64,000 nt of DNA from Lepidodermella squamata (lineage: Eukaryota; Animalia; Gastrotricha): assembly GCA_047495785.1 (NCBI GenBank), contig JBLDXI010000074.1, positions 310,001 through 374,000 of the forward strand. Direction: 5' to 3'. The notes beneath the pieces were generated by a model that worked only from the letters and a program-made list of their open reading frames with translations, did no database searches and was not told where the DNA came from. The number at the start of each line of letters is the position of its first letter. The stretch's first letter is position 1. The position numbers were made by a program, and so were the translations under genes. Shown piece by piece: positions 1 through 12,300 of the stretch.

Positions 1-300
1 TACTCTCGTGAGTTGTGACCACATTTTGTGTTATGATGACGAAATTTTTTGTGCTAACATTGACTACTTTGTGTGCTCTCATAATGTGAAAAACAAGAAA
101 AATGTCGATAACATTAATTGCAGGAAATTTATGAAATATTGAAACCTGTAATTAATTTTCGAAACTATTCCTGCTATAACGTGACTTCGTCTAATAAGCG
201 ACAGAAATGCAATATAAATCCAATAAAACCTGTGTTTTTCTTATCAATTTAATAGGGGAGGTTCGCGAATATAGTAAAACTCGAATTATTGCGTTAATAT

Positions 301-3300
301 ATGGCCGAATCTGGCAAGCGACGTCTTTCAACAGCTTCGAACAGTGAAGAAGATTTAGAAAAGCGACCCAGACTTGAAGATGAAGATAACGAGGATGAGA
401 GCTTGACTTCGCCGGACGAGTTAATTAAAATAACGTTCGACGTTGTGCTCAATGAAAGCCTCAGCGTGTTCCGGGCTTACAACAAGAAGCCGCCCGGGCA
501 ATTTACAGTCACCCTCTACTGCCGGCCGGAGCATTTGGGCGACGGCAAATTTACGCCGTTCAACGCGAAAATTTTCAACGAGTCGCTGAATGTGTCAACA
601 TGCAGATATCGCAGCTGTTTCAATTTCAACCGCGATTTCGCTGTGACCAGCGAATTTTTTGTTGATGTCGACTTGGGTTTTGCGGTTCCGGTTCAGCGCG
701 TTGAAATTAAAGATTCGCTGAGATTTGGCCGGGTTTACACGGTTTCAGCCGGGTTGAACTGTTTAGGTAGCCATGACCACTGGACCTATGGCCATTGGAG
801 GCCTGCGTGGCATAAAAATATCCCGCCTTATTCGCTGGAAGAACTCGCCCAGCCCTCGAAAAGCCTTGAATCTGCGGTTATTGTTCCGGAAAAATCGCGA
901 AATACTCCCGTTAACGTGTTTCGATTTGAAATGAATTTCTATGCGAAAGGGTCGTTTTTCACCGATTTTGTGCCTTATGTAAGGCTTCATGCTGAAACTA
1001 AGAAAACGCGGAGTTTCGATGTAGCTGTTCGGTCTCATTCGGATGAAGTCTGCGAAGAAGAAACCTGCTTTCCCGGGTTGGATTTGTTGCCTGAAAAAGT
1101 TATCCTGCGAATTGTTCAATGCCTTAATGGCGCTGCTCGAACGAGGGTGAGCTAATTATTTTTAACGTTATTTATTTAATTGTTTCAAAAATCTAAACAT
1201 TTTGATTTTCATTCCTGAATAACTAGCATCGTTGAAGTTAAAGATGGTCCTGTCTAATTTTGAAAAAATTGTTACTTTACTTTATTCTTTATTCTTTATT
1301 ATTCTTCTTGTTGGCGAACAACAGTGGCGAAATTGTCAAAATGGTCGAAATGGTTTTTAATTTCGATTTCATGATTTTTGATTTCATAAACTGATTTAAT
1401 AGGATTATCAGCTACAAAATAAGGAAAACAAGGATTGTTATGACCAAGTCTAAGAACAACGCATTTGCTCATATTAATAGACATCTGATGTGAGATGAAG
1501 AAGTTAGTAACAGAATTTATGTCATATATTGTACAAGTTCAGGAGAAATGCCAGGCTTTGAATATAGCTTAACGTCATCAGCGTACATTCTTATAATACA
1601 TACAATTTTTCACAACAAAGGAAGATCATTGATAAAAATAAGAAACAACAATGGACCTAGTACACTACCCTGAGGAACACCAGATGAAACATTTGACCAG
1701 GCAGAAAATGAATTATTGATTGCAACACGCTGAAGGCGATTTGATAAGAAAGCATTTATCCACTCAAGAAGGTGTTGTAGATAATAATCACGTTGGGGAA
1801 AGGGACTGAAGGGACTCGTTGATGATAGTGGCAATGCGGCTTTCGACACAGACGCTTTAAATAATGTGGAAGAAGTCGACGCTTGCGGTCCAATATTGAC
1901 ATTGTCGGGGTTCTTATGAGGTAGCGGATTATATCAATCGGTCGAGCTTCAAAATTCGTCAAAGACCCGAAATCGCCCTCAATGCTCACGTAGCGGGAGA
2001 TTCGATGCTCCAAATTATTAAAAAGGATTGTGCTGCCCATCCGGCGTCCTCCACTAAAAATAAAGCAATGCTGATTCCAGACTCGACTGACTGATTTTCA
2101 GCTGATATCCTTGAAGAACGCGAAATCTGCGCATTTTTCGCAAGGACTTCATCTTTTCTTCTCTTTTATCCTCAGTCAGAGCAGTTTTAACTGCCGCCCG
2201 GGTACTCACGACTCTTACAACCAGTGTTTTGTAAATTGAACTGAGAAAACTGAGAAGGCCTCCTTGTAGCAAGGCCGTGTCCACTAGGCCCTAGGGCAAT
2301 CGCATTTTTCGCCTGACAGAAAATCCAGGACTGATTCACGTCACACTCACCGCTGAACCAAATACGGGCAATTTTAGCATGTTTGTCGTTAGATTTATTG
2401 GTCCCTTGTAGGTGAAGAACATGCACAGGTAAGTTTGATTGAAAAAGATGGCTTTTCACCCATTTTACGGGCGTAACAAGAAATATAGCCAAGTTAGCGG
2501 CAAAATTGATGGGATATATGGGATTGTAGTATCAGTACTATTGGATTCAAAATCCGCAGTACCATTTCTTGCAGTTGGGACAGGCTCCCGGGTAGCATTG
2601 GCATTGATAAGCGTTAACTCTTCGGCCCAGGCACGTTGTAGTGCCGGACAGCACACATTGGCCTCCAGTTTTTCCGAGGCATTTACAACGGGTATCGCAG
2701 TTTTGCCACAACACATTATTGCCCGCTGACGACCAGCCAGAACAGCGGCTCCACGTGTCCCAGCAGTCGAAAGACTGCACTTGATCGACAGCTACAGCCA
2801 AGGTCAAGCCAATGATGCACAGGAGCAGTGAAGATTTCATTTTAGCGAGTTTGATAGCAGATTAAACAGATTAAACTGTCTTGTTTTTCCTGTTTTTTTA
2901 TATAGTCACATTGCCTAATTAAGAATAGAAATTTATTCCAACTGAATGCGTAATTAGTAATTAATCATGGGACTGGGCTTTTTATGTGTTTTTCAATTAT
3001 GAATGTAAACACGGATTTCCGGTTTAAATTCTACTCTCTCGAATCCTTGCTTTTTTACCAAGCGATAACACGGCCCTGAGGAAACATGAGGAAAAAAGTT
3101 TGCTTTTTGTCAGCCATGCCGGCGATAACGTCGCAGTTTTGTATCTGATACTCGTCACCGAAATGCAAATGTTCATAAATTTCTGTCGAATTGAAAAACA
3201 GCTCTCCGAGCTGTGGCTTTCCGTTTTCGCAGAGCACTAAGTTCGTGGCGAATTTTTGTTTCATGCCATATGCGAGGGGATTCATTGGGCCGAGGAATCT

Positions 3301-6300
3301 CAGAACTCCAATGAACGGTTCCGATTGAAAATTAGTTGACATGCTGATGAGAAGACGACGAAAACTTGCAATACGCAAAACAAACAACTTTCACGAGCCA
3401 AAAAATCTAACAAAAATTGAAAAATATTAAGATTGGTAATTAAGCAGAGGCCCGCTGGCTCGGGAGATGCGAAATTTTTCCATAATTTTATGTAAAAACT
3501 AGCTAATAAATTTCTCGAGCAGCATGTAAAGACAACACTCATCTAAACGTTTAAACCTCAATTTTTATGATTGCTCAATTTCAAGCTGCGGATCATTAGC
3601 GACTGTCTCAAATTTAGCTGCATAGTATCGCATAATATACATTTATATTCAATTTCGATTGAATACAATAACTTGATGCAATTTTTGCAATTTTCAGGCT
3701 ATTCTAAGTCTATCTGGAACCTGCCGAAAGCTACGAGAAACTTTGCGCGACCCGCAGCTACACAGCTCCTTCGACTTGAAAGCTGTGCCAGTCGCTCACA
3801 TCAACCCTCAGTTATTCAATTTCTTCGCCGAACGTGCTGTTTTGGGGCGAAATTTGACGAAAATTCGATTATCATGGGTCCCGCATCTGCCCGCCGGTGT
3901 GAAACTAACCGACTTTCTTCGTCACCTTCAGCCTATTTTGGTCAGTTTTGTCGCGGAGGCGTGCCCGTTTGTCGACGATAAAGTTCTGCGAGTTCTCAGC
4001 GAGACTCAGCCGAATTTACGCGATTTAGATCTAACTCGATGCCGTGGCATTTCACCTGATGCTTTTCGATTCATTCTGTCTTTCAAGCAGCTTAAAAAGC
4101 TCTCAGTTCAGCATACAAATATCGGTGAACCAGCGCTTTGTGAATTGCTGCGAAATTTCACGCAACTCGAAGTTTTGAATGTTTCATTTCTCAACTTTTT
4201 GGAGGGTAAATTTGCGCGGCATTCTGACCCGACAGCCGGGCCGGTTTTCAACGAGTTGATTCGAGCCGAATTTGTGCCTAATTTGATTGCGTTGAAAATC
4301 AATCAAATGCAAAGTGACACGGCGAGTTTTACGGCGTTCATCAAGCGATGCGTGAAAATGGAAGAACTGCACTCGGTTCAGCCGGATTTCTACGAATGCC
4401 GATGGGAATCGAGTGTATTTTCGGCCATAGCTAGTTCATGTCCGAAACTGCGGCGGTTATCACTCAGCGAAATGCTGTACAAAAACGCGATGACGGAGCA
4501 GAATTTGCTGGGTTTTGTTGAAAATTGCCCGGATTTGGAGTACCTATTCGTGGTACCAACGTCCTGCACTGCTGAGGTAAGTAATCATTCAAACAACGTT
4601 TTTTCCATGTAATTATTAGTCATCTGAATTAATTAGCATTAATTTGCCTTCTCATTTTACGAAATATCCCATCGCCACATATCGGCACGGAAATGATTAG
4701 CGGATGTGCGAATTGAAAAAGTAGCTCGGTTCAGCTAATCTGGTTTATCTTCGTTCATTGGATAGGTCATTTTTACTGTTGTAAGGATCCTGGTTCAGCG
4801 CAAAGTGTTGTTGAAAGTGATTCGCGCCAACGCACTTGAAACATATGCCAACAACCAACCAACCAACCAACCAACAACAGCACGAATGGCGACATTTGAA
4901 AAACAGTTACGTTAGTATCACAATGCAAATAATAGAAAAACCATGATATTAATGGGTATTAAAATGTTTGGCTCCCACACCGGTCCACTTTCAGCTCCTC
5001 CAGCAATGCCTCTTTGAGGCTTGTTAGAAGTGACTGTAAATCTGGTAAATGCGGCGGGTAACGACTGCATGCCCTTCAATGTTTCACATTAACTGGCCTT
5101 AACCAAATTTGATAAAGGGCACTCTGGGGTGGAGAGCCACCGTGCTTTGCCAGAACGCTTGCTCCAAAGCCTCATTTCAAGAGCTCCAGCTAGCCACGGC
5201 CGCTTGGTGGCAATGGGTCTGGGCGGGAGCGTAATCCATTAGCACCATTAGCTAAATGTACAAGGGTAGTTGGAGGTGCTTATTTGGACAGTCAGGGAGT
5301 TCCCCACACCACTTTAACTCGGTCTTATCAGCACTGATCTAGCCGATGACTCGTTGCACAAAGACTGGCCAGACTAGCGGTCCTGTTAGACCAAAAAAGT
5401 GTTTTTTTTTCAGAAAGGAGACAGCGAAATAGATCAGATCAGTCCTCAGTAATATCAACAAGTGTACTCTGCTAGCGTGCTCGGTCGCGAGGGCGAGGCA
5501 GGCGTCCAAGCCGTCGTCCATAGTATCCGACTTGACCAGTAGCCCAGCCGGTGACTCTGTTGAGCTGACTTGCGAGGTGTGACCGGAGGTGTGTCGACAT
5601 TTCCCACTGGGACCTGTAACGAGGGACACCTAGTAGGCGTTGGCCGGCAGGTTCGACAAGTTTATCATTAACGTCGTCAATGATGGACTGGCGTATCTCG
5701 GGCCAATGAGCGTTCTTCTGCATAGCCCATAGTGCTTCGTCCGCCTTTTCCTGTTCGTCAGTAACGTCGTTCAGTTCATGCTCAACTGTGGCAACTATAT
5801 ATGAGCGTCTGCCTGTATACTATACAAAAAATACAAATACAAAATACAGAAGAAGGTCGGTGCTGCAGCCTGCAGCATGGCGGACATTTCCGCCAGCTGC
5901 TGAATGTTCGGGATTTATGCGGCACAATTCGACGCTCTATGCCCCGGTCGCCGCATTCAGTGTTACTTACACAGGCATTTGAAGTGCGTAAGTAGGTGTG
6001 TCAGCTAGCAACGGTTAACAGGTAGTTAGTTACAATTGTTACAACAGCAGTCTCAGAAGAAATGAAATTTTTTAGAGATAAGTGCATAACGGGCATTGGC
6101 TATATGAACATGAATAATGAATTTGAAGAGAAACCACCACCCAACACACGCACACTCGTGATGGGAACGCGTATAATATGTAATCTCGCGATAAACAAAA
6201 CTGGAAGTCAGGGATGACGTGAAAAGCGGCTTTTGATAAAAAATCAAACTTGCGAGTTAAGTGCATAATTTTTGTGGTAGTGCTGAATCTGCTGAAGTTT

Positions 6301-9133
6301 GATCGTTGGGGCTTGTAAAAAGCATTAAAACATGGCCTTAAAAGCTGTCAAGGTTGAAGGCTGAGTGTAAAGGTCCCCATTCTTTCAACGCGTCTGCGCT
6401 ATGCGACAACTGATGCACAGCCAGGGTAATGAACTCGTGACCGTAGTGATCCGAAATCGTTAAGCCAATTGTTGAACATTTGTTGAATGTCAATCGACTG
6501 ACCGAACAAATTACGGTGGCAAGAAACGTACGGCTGTGATGCTGAGGGTAGCAATTAGTAAGCGAAAAGTAGGAACTTTCTATGGAAACACCGTTTGTTG
6601 ACATTGGGTTAGTCATTCCAGCACCGTCCATGTAAAATTATACTTTGGCGAATAGTAGTGCGTTTGTGGATCTTCAGGAAATCGGCCGCTGTACAACTCG
6701 CCGTGATGAAAGTCGAGCATATAGCGGCCGTTATCAGCTCCAGGAAGTGGAGACTGGATCAATTTTAGCGGCTTGGAGTACGAATTATATTCTTGACCAG
6801 CCGCCTCAATACCGAGTGTGCGGCGTCAACCTCAAACATAGTATGGCCCGCTTCAAAAAAGTTGACCTGGATGTACGTAAACTTGAATTTACGGACGGCA
6901 TGGACCATAGCCGCGATGATCTGTCGGTTTTTTGCTGCCCTAAAAAAGAACCGACATTCCAATTATAAGTTTTTTATCAATTTACTCGGTGAACTGAGAC
7001 TCATGTTAGTCCCTACCATAGCTAAGCAAGGATCAATAAGAATATCGGTTTTGTAACAGTCTCGCAATAGGCGTCCTTAGTTTCGGCGTCGAAGATGCTT
7101 TTCATGCTTCCAATGAACAAAAGCTTTGTTAGTTATACCTGTAACAAGTACCGGACCGGTACTTCACAGGTTTCTAATGTCAAGGTTCAGCGACTTGAAG
7201 ACATAACAAAAAGTTACAGTAAATTTATGCGCATAATTTTTGAACGAATGGATTTCTAGTCACTTGTAAGCGTAAAAATCTAAATTTTGATTTTGGATGT
7301 TGATGCCAGTAAAATTTGTCTTACTATTTCTTTTAGAATGTGGACGCTTTGCTAGCTGTGAGCGAAAAATTGGCATGTGTTGTGCTTGTCGGCCGAAATA
7401 TCGAACCGGCTGACGTCGACCGGCTGGAGCACAAGTACCCGCGAAAACGCCTCGTCTACGTCGATTACCGGCCCAGCTGGCAGCTGCAGCGCCTCGATTC
7501 CAACGAAAGCAGCCTCGCATCGGCACTCGAGTCGGCTGATAACTCCGAGAACGCGGATTCAGACGACGAAGATGAGGATATGTCTTCATCAGGCAGTGAG
7601 TACTCTCGAACTAGCCTGGAGCTATTCCAGGAAGAAACCCATGCTCGAGATTCTGCCCTGAGCACAGCGATTAAAGACGCGACTAATTCGCTGGAAAATA
7701 TCAAGGTCCATCTGGAAAATCTGATTGCAAAAGGGCCGTATTTTGGTAAACGGAAGACATTCCAAGCCGATATTCGGTTCGCCATGGCAACGGCTATCGA
7801 CCAGAAACGATTCGATGTCCTGAAGCTACTACTCGATTTGTCACCTGCCAAAGATTTGCCTGAAATTTTCGCTGGCGATTATCCAGTTTTGAATTTCGCC
7901 ATTAGGAAGCGGTGTATTGAAGCTGTCAAAATTCTGCTAAGCAAAGGCGCGCCTGCTAACTACGAGTCTGGAATTTCGCCGCTTGGTCTTGCTTTTACGA
8001 CCCTGCTTGATTTGTTTGAAGATCCCGATTTTGATGAGGCGAATAAAGCCGTGTTTCTTGAAATCACGCAGCTGCTTTTCGACCATGGCGCTGATGCGTT
8101 GGTTTTCAATACGTTCGAAGCTGGGACGAATCTGCTTCATTATCTTCCGTACCTTGTCGGAAGTGGTAAGTCACATTCCATAAATCAAGTTTAAATTTAG
8201 CGTCATGTAGTGGGGTGACTAAAAATGACTCGGTGACTTCGGCGGAAATTTGAGTGTGCGAGTTAGCATTGGGAATTTTGGAATTGGGCGATTGAGATTG
8301 AATATATCTTTTGTTTTTTAGCTCCCGAATTCGCCGATCTTGTCATTGAACGCACGCCATCTGCGGCATATTTCGCGCAAGAGCTCGACTCGACTTATGA
8401 CCCAGAAGGCCCGACCCCACTCGCGTCTGCCTTCGATATGATCGACATGAGCGATGAGCTGCCTATCGTTCAAAATATTTTCCAAAAATGTATAGTGCCA
8501 CTTATTCGAAACGGGGCGCCTTACAAACCGGACTTTTGCTTCTCGACCCGTTCGAACTTCAGCGACTATGTTGCCCTGAATCATCATTTCAGCCGCAGGA
8601 TCTGGCAACAGCCCCATGTTGTCGCTCATCTGCTGATCGAAGCGCGCCGAACTTCGAAGTTAGACGTAGCGGCGCTGATGAAAGTTTCAGCGCCGAGAAA
8701 TGTCCCGGAAGCTGGGTTAATCCGGCCTAACCCACCTCCGATCGCTCATCGCAATATAGCTGTAGCAGTAGCAAATCAGCAGGATAACAACAACGTCGAA
8801 GCAGGTCGTCAAGATGAAGACGGCGATGATGAAAATGAAGTCTCTGGATTTGCCATGGAAACCGATGATGACAGCGAAGATGATGACGACGGCTTCGATG
8901 GCGTGTCTGATGAAGAAGTTGGCGACCTAATTCAGCCTTTTGCTCGCTACATTCGCTCGCAATTTCCGCGCAATTTACAAGCCCAATGCCGGACAGTTAT
9001 TCTAAACTTGCTGCCGGCTGGTCCGCGGCGTTGCGATGCGATTGCCTCTCTGGATTTGCCTCGTTCTGTTTTGACTTTTCTTAACTTCCCCGAGTTTGAC
9101 GTCCCGGTTGTTGCGGCAAAATCTGCCGATTAA
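301..9133 (+). CDS. Chimeric FBXL4-like F-box/LRR plus ankyrin-repeat/SOCS-box protein (~1121 aa; exons 301-1146, 3698-4576, 7337-8165, 8322-9133)
   Basis: All three GT-AG junctions are phase-compatible. The F-box is rebuilt across intron 1 ([17 protein letters not shown]|[21 protein letters not shown]). The LRRs resemble FBXL4 ([30 protein letters not shown]). Exon 3 starts [12 protein letters not shown], matching the paralog's last LRR exon (NVADILDACPQL), then runs without a stop into ankyrin-like [19 protein letters not shown]. The C-terminal SOCS box is [23 protein letters not shown]. Confidence 0.8.
1299..1790 (-). mobile_element. Degenerate non-LTR retrotransposon (CR1/L2-group) RT fragment
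   Basis: Broken frames encode [34 protein letters not shown] and [16 protein letters not shown]; it lies in intron 1 of the F-box gene. Confidence 0.8.
2547..2840 (-). CDS. Macin-family antimicrobial peptide precursor (theromacin/hydramacin/mytimacin-like), 12 Cys in the mature region
   Basis: A signal peptide ([17 protein letters not shown]) is followed by [38 protein letters not shown], the macin cysteine pattern. Single coding exon. Confidence 0.9.
   Translation of the reverse strand: MKSSLLLCIIGLTLAVAVDQVQSFDCWDTWSRCSGWSSAGNNVLWQNCDTRCKCLGKTGGQCVLSGTTTCLGRRVNAYQCQCYPGACPNCKKWYCGF
2893..2905 (-). promoter_or_regulatory. Putative TATA box of the macin gene
   Basis: CTATATAAAAAAA on the minus strand about 55-60 nt upstream of the ATG at 2840. 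Confidence 0.45.
4848..4878. repeat. (CAAC)n microsatellite
   Basis: ccaacaaccaaccaaccaaccaaccaacaac. Confidence 0.8.
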
Positions 9134-9313
9134 GTATTCATTTATTTCAGAATGCGCACTAAAGAATCATTTTCTTCTTCCGCTTTCTATCTACTTTTGT
9201 CACGTGATTCATTTTTTATACTCGAAATGTCTTGCAAATAAATCCTTGGTTTTATACAAATTTCGATTCTCTTCAAAATTTGTTAATTCGAATTTGTAGG
9301 CTGAATCAATTTA

Positions 9314-12300
9314 ATGGCTGAATTTCCTGATGGAAGTGGCGGTAAACGACCCCGCTTGTCACTGCCAACCGGCCCATTACTCATCAATTTCGACTGTTTG
9401 GACGATGACGATTCAGACGATAGCAGCTATCACCCAGATAAGGGCGAATTACAGGAATTTCAACGTGAATCCGAGGCGAAAGTCACGAAAATTATCAAAT
9501 CAGTACGAGACAGCGAAATTTCTCTTCTCGAGTTTGAAAAATTAGTCGCTGAGCGAATTCAATCGACATCGCCAATCGACCATGAGCTACTTGTCACAGA
9601 AATCCGATTTGCTATGGCAAATGCGATCCAGTTCAAAAAATGGCAGATTTTGGAGTCGCTGATCAATTCTTGCCCCGGCCATTTGTTACCTGAAGTTTTC
9701 TCCGGATCGTATCCGTTGTTGAATTTCGCAATAAAAATTGCTAGTGTTGAGGCTGTTAAGCTGCTGTTAGACCGGGGCGCTCATTGTTGGGCTGATTTTG
9801 CGTCGTCCAGCCTTGAAACCATAATCACAGCGATTGAAGACGCGTTCGATTACGAATATTTCACTGAGACGACTTCAAAAGCTTTCTACGAAATTTTCCG
9901 GCTGCTTTTCCGATTTCAAGCCGATCCTGCGAAATGCCCGCGGCTTGTCAGCCAAATTGCCAGTATCGCCGGTCGTTCGCCGGAAATTGCGACGTTGTTG
10001 CTGGAGAACACCCCCGGCAAGTGTTTTGTACCGACTGAATTTCGCGAAGGCCGATTGCTGCCTTCGACGATCTTCCTGGCGTTCGAGTCCATCAATTCTT
10101 GGGACACTATTAATGTACTGGAAAACATTTTCAGGTATATATGATACGGCTTGAACAGCTTGTTTTTTCCAAAAATCTTCTTCTATAAGTTGACACGTGC
10201 CGACTAGAAATATTTTCAGCAAAACAATAATAAATGCTGAGATTTTAAAATCTTAACAATAATAGCAATAACGCACCGATTTCTTAGCTATTAGTTATCG
10301 ATCAAGGTCAAATTTTTCAAAATCGTACCAAGTTTTTTGAAATATGATTATCTATATAGGAATTTTCAAATAATTTTTTTCTGAATCGCGAATTAGAAAT
10401 TTTTTGATTTCGTTTCAACTCAGGAAATTTTCGAGTTGCTATATAGAGGGTTGCTTCATTCTCAAAATTTGTTTCAAGTTCAACTTACTTTCATATATCA
10501 AAACCATTATCGACGGTAATTGAAGTCAATCCGCAGCAGGTAAAACAGTCAAAACAACTCAAACAAAACAATAGTCGGATGAAAAACTCGTGAAAATATT
10601 TTTCAAACCCCTAAAATAAAAATTAACAACGTTAAGTGATTTTGTAGCCGCAACTTCTGAGAACTTTCAACTCTCAGATATAATTCTCAGATATAAAGGC
10701 AACACCATCAATACAATCATTGATAGTAATGATGGTGTTGGATATTCGTAAAGGTAAGCCATTTGCCATCCGGTCGACTGGTAGCCGGGTAGCCGCCTGG
10801 GCCTGGTTGAGCCGGGTTGCCAGATGGCTGAGCCGGGTAGCCACCAGGTTGAGCAGGGTAGCCAAACGGTTGGGCCGGGTAGCCGCCAGGTAGAGCCGGG
10901 TAGCCGCCAGGTAGAGCAGGGTAGCCACCAGATTGAGCAGGGTAGCCAAACGGTTGAGCCAGGTAGCCAAAGGGTTGGGCCGGGTAGCCAGCAGGGAATA
11001 GATTGCGCGCAACAGCGGCAGTAGATGGGGTAGCAGTTTGTTGAGTTTGTTGGCGGTCAGGCCTTTCTTCACTTGGGGTGACGAAGTTACAAGTGAATTT
11101 TGATGGCGCAGTTGCTATAACAGCATCATAATTGAACAACGGCAGGGGCAGAGCCGGCCCTGGTGGCGCCATTTTCGGCGATGGCCATTTAAAATCTCTC
11201 CTCAGCGTAGTCTTATCACCGTATTTGACCTTTGGCGGTCGAACAGGCGGCGGCGACGGCGAGTGGCTGAACAAAGGCAGCGGCTGAACGAGCTGCCGAA
11301 CTGGCTTAACTGGCTGCTTAACGATAACCCTCGGCAGCAGCTGCACCAGCTCACGTTGCTCTGCAGACATTTGCACCGCCGGCCCACCAGTGAGCGTTCG
11401 CGGCGGTCTGGCGATTTCCGGGAAAGCCCGTTTAGAGGCCGTCCCGGTCTTTGGCATAATGGCAGACTCAGGCGACAGTTCAATAGGCGAGGGAGAATCC
11501 GAAACTACAAGAGGGGAGTGGAATTTCACCTTATTCGAAACCGGCCGTTCCTCCGATTCCCCGCTTTCCTCGAGTAAAGAAATAACCGGGCGTCACCGCC
11601 GTCGCTGTCCTCGCCGTCGTCAGGATCGACGAAATGCCCGTTCTCGTCGATCGCGGGCAGATGAGCGTTTCGCATCGCCATCTGGTATACGCGATGCAGA
11701 ATTTTCGAGTTATTTACGTCGTCTGGCTCGTCGTACTGGTTGATGGACTCCACGTTGGCGTGACCAGTATGTGGGCGGTTGCGTGCGCGTCCACCCCGTT
11801 CGACCGCAGCCAAAAAACGGTGAACCGGCGGTTGCTCTGCATGGAAATATTCCGATCAGAGCCGTCCGGATTTTTATCAAGGCCGACACCTTGCATCATC
11901 GCACGAAGGAATCCGCCGATGGTGTTGCCGCCGAGAACCAAATGGTAGGATTCTTCGCTAACTTAGCCTTGGATCGAATGGGCTTTAGGAACCAGGGTGC
12001 TCCTGGCACGTTTGATTCCGGGTCGCGTCTGTTGATAAAAAACGGTACAGCCGGACAAAGCAGAAGTGATTATCCGGATTTTCGTTATCCAGCAGGCCTT
12101 TCGAGGCTTGCCGGATTTTCCGTCGCCACGTCTGAAATATCGTTCAAAATGTTTGAAATCGTACCAAATTTTTGAAAAATCAATTTTCTATATAGAGATA
12201 TTTTGTTTTGAAATCGTACCGAACATTTTCAGGTATACGATACGGCTTGAGCAGCTTGTTTTTTCTAAAGTCTAAAACAACGGACGGAAGTCTAACCGCA

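Noticed and set aside
1756-2492. Broken minus-strand ORFs downstream of the macin gene (also 3055-3387 upstream)
   Set aside because: No recognisable motifs; probably decayed cargo or TE sequence that cannot be called without a search.
4880-7100. Decayed coding-like sequence in intron 2 of the fusion gene
   Set aside because: Possibly retroelement remnants next to the (CAAC)n tract, but no diagnostic motif could be read.
7340-8194. ORF-track protein starting MDALLAV as an independent gene
   Set aside because: The start codon is GTG, three bases after a strong acceptor, and the peptide is homologous to an internal exon of the F-box paralog, so I treat it as exon 3 of the fusion.
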